Assembly: GCA_013239625.1 (NCBI GenBank)
Contig: MU056050.1
Coordinates: forward strand, 5,651,366-5,715,365
From: Lama guanicoe
Taxonomy: Eukaryota
Length of the DNA stretch: 64,000 bases
Direction of reading: 5' to 3'
Shown here: positions 62,366 to 64,000 of the stretch, in pieces
Layout of the letters: every line of letters starts with the position of its first letter
Numbering within the stretch: the first letter of the stretch is position 1
Notes under the pieces: generated by a model
What the model saw: the letters and a program-made list of their open reading frames with translations, nothing else
The model's database searches: none
What the model was told of the DNA's origin: nothing
Translations under genes and position numbers: made by a program

Positions 62366-64000
62366 CTAAAACTGTTTTAAATTACCAATCCTGCCCTTGT
62401 TCTAGAAGAAATATGATTTCTACTCAGAAGGTTCCTGACAGATGTTATCACTCTACAGTTTCTTATCTGAAGCCCAAATGGGAATATTAGGTCCACTGTT
62501 GTTAACTGAAGGTAGACACATGCCAAGACAATTAAAGCATTTCTTAGCTCTACAAATAATAAACTGCTTATCTGTTGAAAGAACAATTGCCCATCAAGAT
62601 CTGAAGGTTGAGACCTCTTTTGCTGTCTTAGTCCTAATCTTAGGTTGTCTATTATTTTGTCATTTTCCTAAATTATTGCTAGGATGTAAGTTCAATTACA
62701 ACTATCTTATATTTTTAGATCACTTCTATCCATGTTTTCTGAATGACCACATTTCCCCTCACCCCATCTGGCCACAAATATCCTCCTCTGACACCTGTGA
62801 GCATCATTATTCAGTTATCTCCCCATCATTCCATTTTCTTGGTAGAAAGACCAATTTCTTTCGGGATATGGATATGACTCCACTTGATAGCTTTGTCTGG
62901 CCTCTGGCCTTCTAGATATAGAGTGAGAGCCCTGGCCGATAGAGTCTGATTATTTTGGTGACCCCAGAAGTATCAACCACTTTGTAGCTACTGAGGAAAC
63001 CCCATCCACATTTCTCATCAGGGAGGTTCCAGGTTATAGATGCCTGCACATGTCCCCAGTGGCTCCAGTGGCTCTCAGCAGAACACTGATAGGATCCAGG
63101 ACACACTGTGTGCCTGGTTTTATACACAGTCCCCACGGCAGGTTGTTTGTCTGAATCTGAACTCCAGCCCAGGCAGACGTCCACATTAATACGGAGAATA
63201 ATAGAGTTCTCCGAGGTCCGTCTCTGCCTATGTTTTTCTCAATCTGTCTCTAACTCCATCTGTCTCTCTTAGTTTGATTCTCTTTTCGGTCTGTGACTGC
63301 ACCAGTGTGGTTTTTCTCTTTGATTCTGTCTTTCTCTCAAGCACGCTGTCTTAGACTGTGTCTCAAAGGATGCAGAAAGAATTTCTGGGAATCAAGCCTC
63401 TGAGAAATGGAGCTCCGAGAGTGTTCAGAGGCTTTGATTGATTCCCTTTCTCCGCCTTGGTGCTCCCTGTGTTATTCGTTTCTCTTGCTCAGAAACCTGT
63501 TTGCATTGCGTGGAAAAGCTCGTGCCCGGATGGCTGTTACTCAGCGAACATGGGTCCTCAGCTCTTTCCCAACTGCAGCCTCCAGCACCCTCTTCCAGGA
63601 GCTCTAAGCCAGACAGGGCACGTGGCACTTCAGCATCAACAACCCTCTATATCAACAACAGGCCACTCACAGATGAGAAAGCAACATACACAGACATTAT
63701 CCTCCCTCTGGAGAAAAGGTCTGAGCTTCCAAAAGGTCAGTAAAGTCCATCTCTAAAAGCAGAAACATAATACTGCCCTTTCAAGAGCTCCTCTCAACAA
63801 ATGTTCTGCATCTGTTTGCTACAGAGAAGGGATAAGTGGCTACAGAAATAGTTATTTCGAAAGATGTAGGCACTGGCCCTGGATTTGGAAACAGTACAGT
63901 AAAGAGAATAATTCTGCATAGAGAAAGCAACAGGGGAAGGTATGCTATTTACATGTAAGCTAGCAACTGCTTTTAAGTGATTATAATGGCAAGGCATAGC

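Noticed and set aside
62442..63756. 157-aa and ~100-aa ORFs near the window end
   Set aside because: No recognisable homology or exon structure; consistent with chance ORFs.

Overview
Mammalian intergenic or intronic DNA (AT-rich, CpG-depleted, two N gaps). I recognise no host protein-coding gene, RNA gene, CRISPR array or novel system. Roughly 24 kb is LINE-1 of several ages. The rest is ancient MIR, L2, MaLR (MLT1) and hAT (Charlie1, MER5, MER58) copies plus unique sequence. Every long ORF in the track is L1 ORF1/ORF2, its antisense shadow, GC-rich L1 5'UTR, or an N-gap artefact. I see no Alu, B1/B2, BovB/Bov-tA, PRE1 or Can-SINE; that and the style of the young L1 3'UTR suggest a camelid, which is inference only. 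The points worth a second look are structural: (1) a full-length young L1 inside a full-length older L1; (2) tandem arrays in both L1 5'UTRs; (3) a tail-less internal L1 fragment with an 8-bp target site duplication (TSD) inside a complete MLT1 provirus; (4) a four-level transposon nest ending in a very young L1 with an uninterrupted 634-codon ORF2 fragment; (5) a ~96-bp dispersed duplication whose ends match splice-site-like motifs. Repeat subfamily names come from recalled consensus sequences, not a database search, and boundaries of old repeats are approximate.
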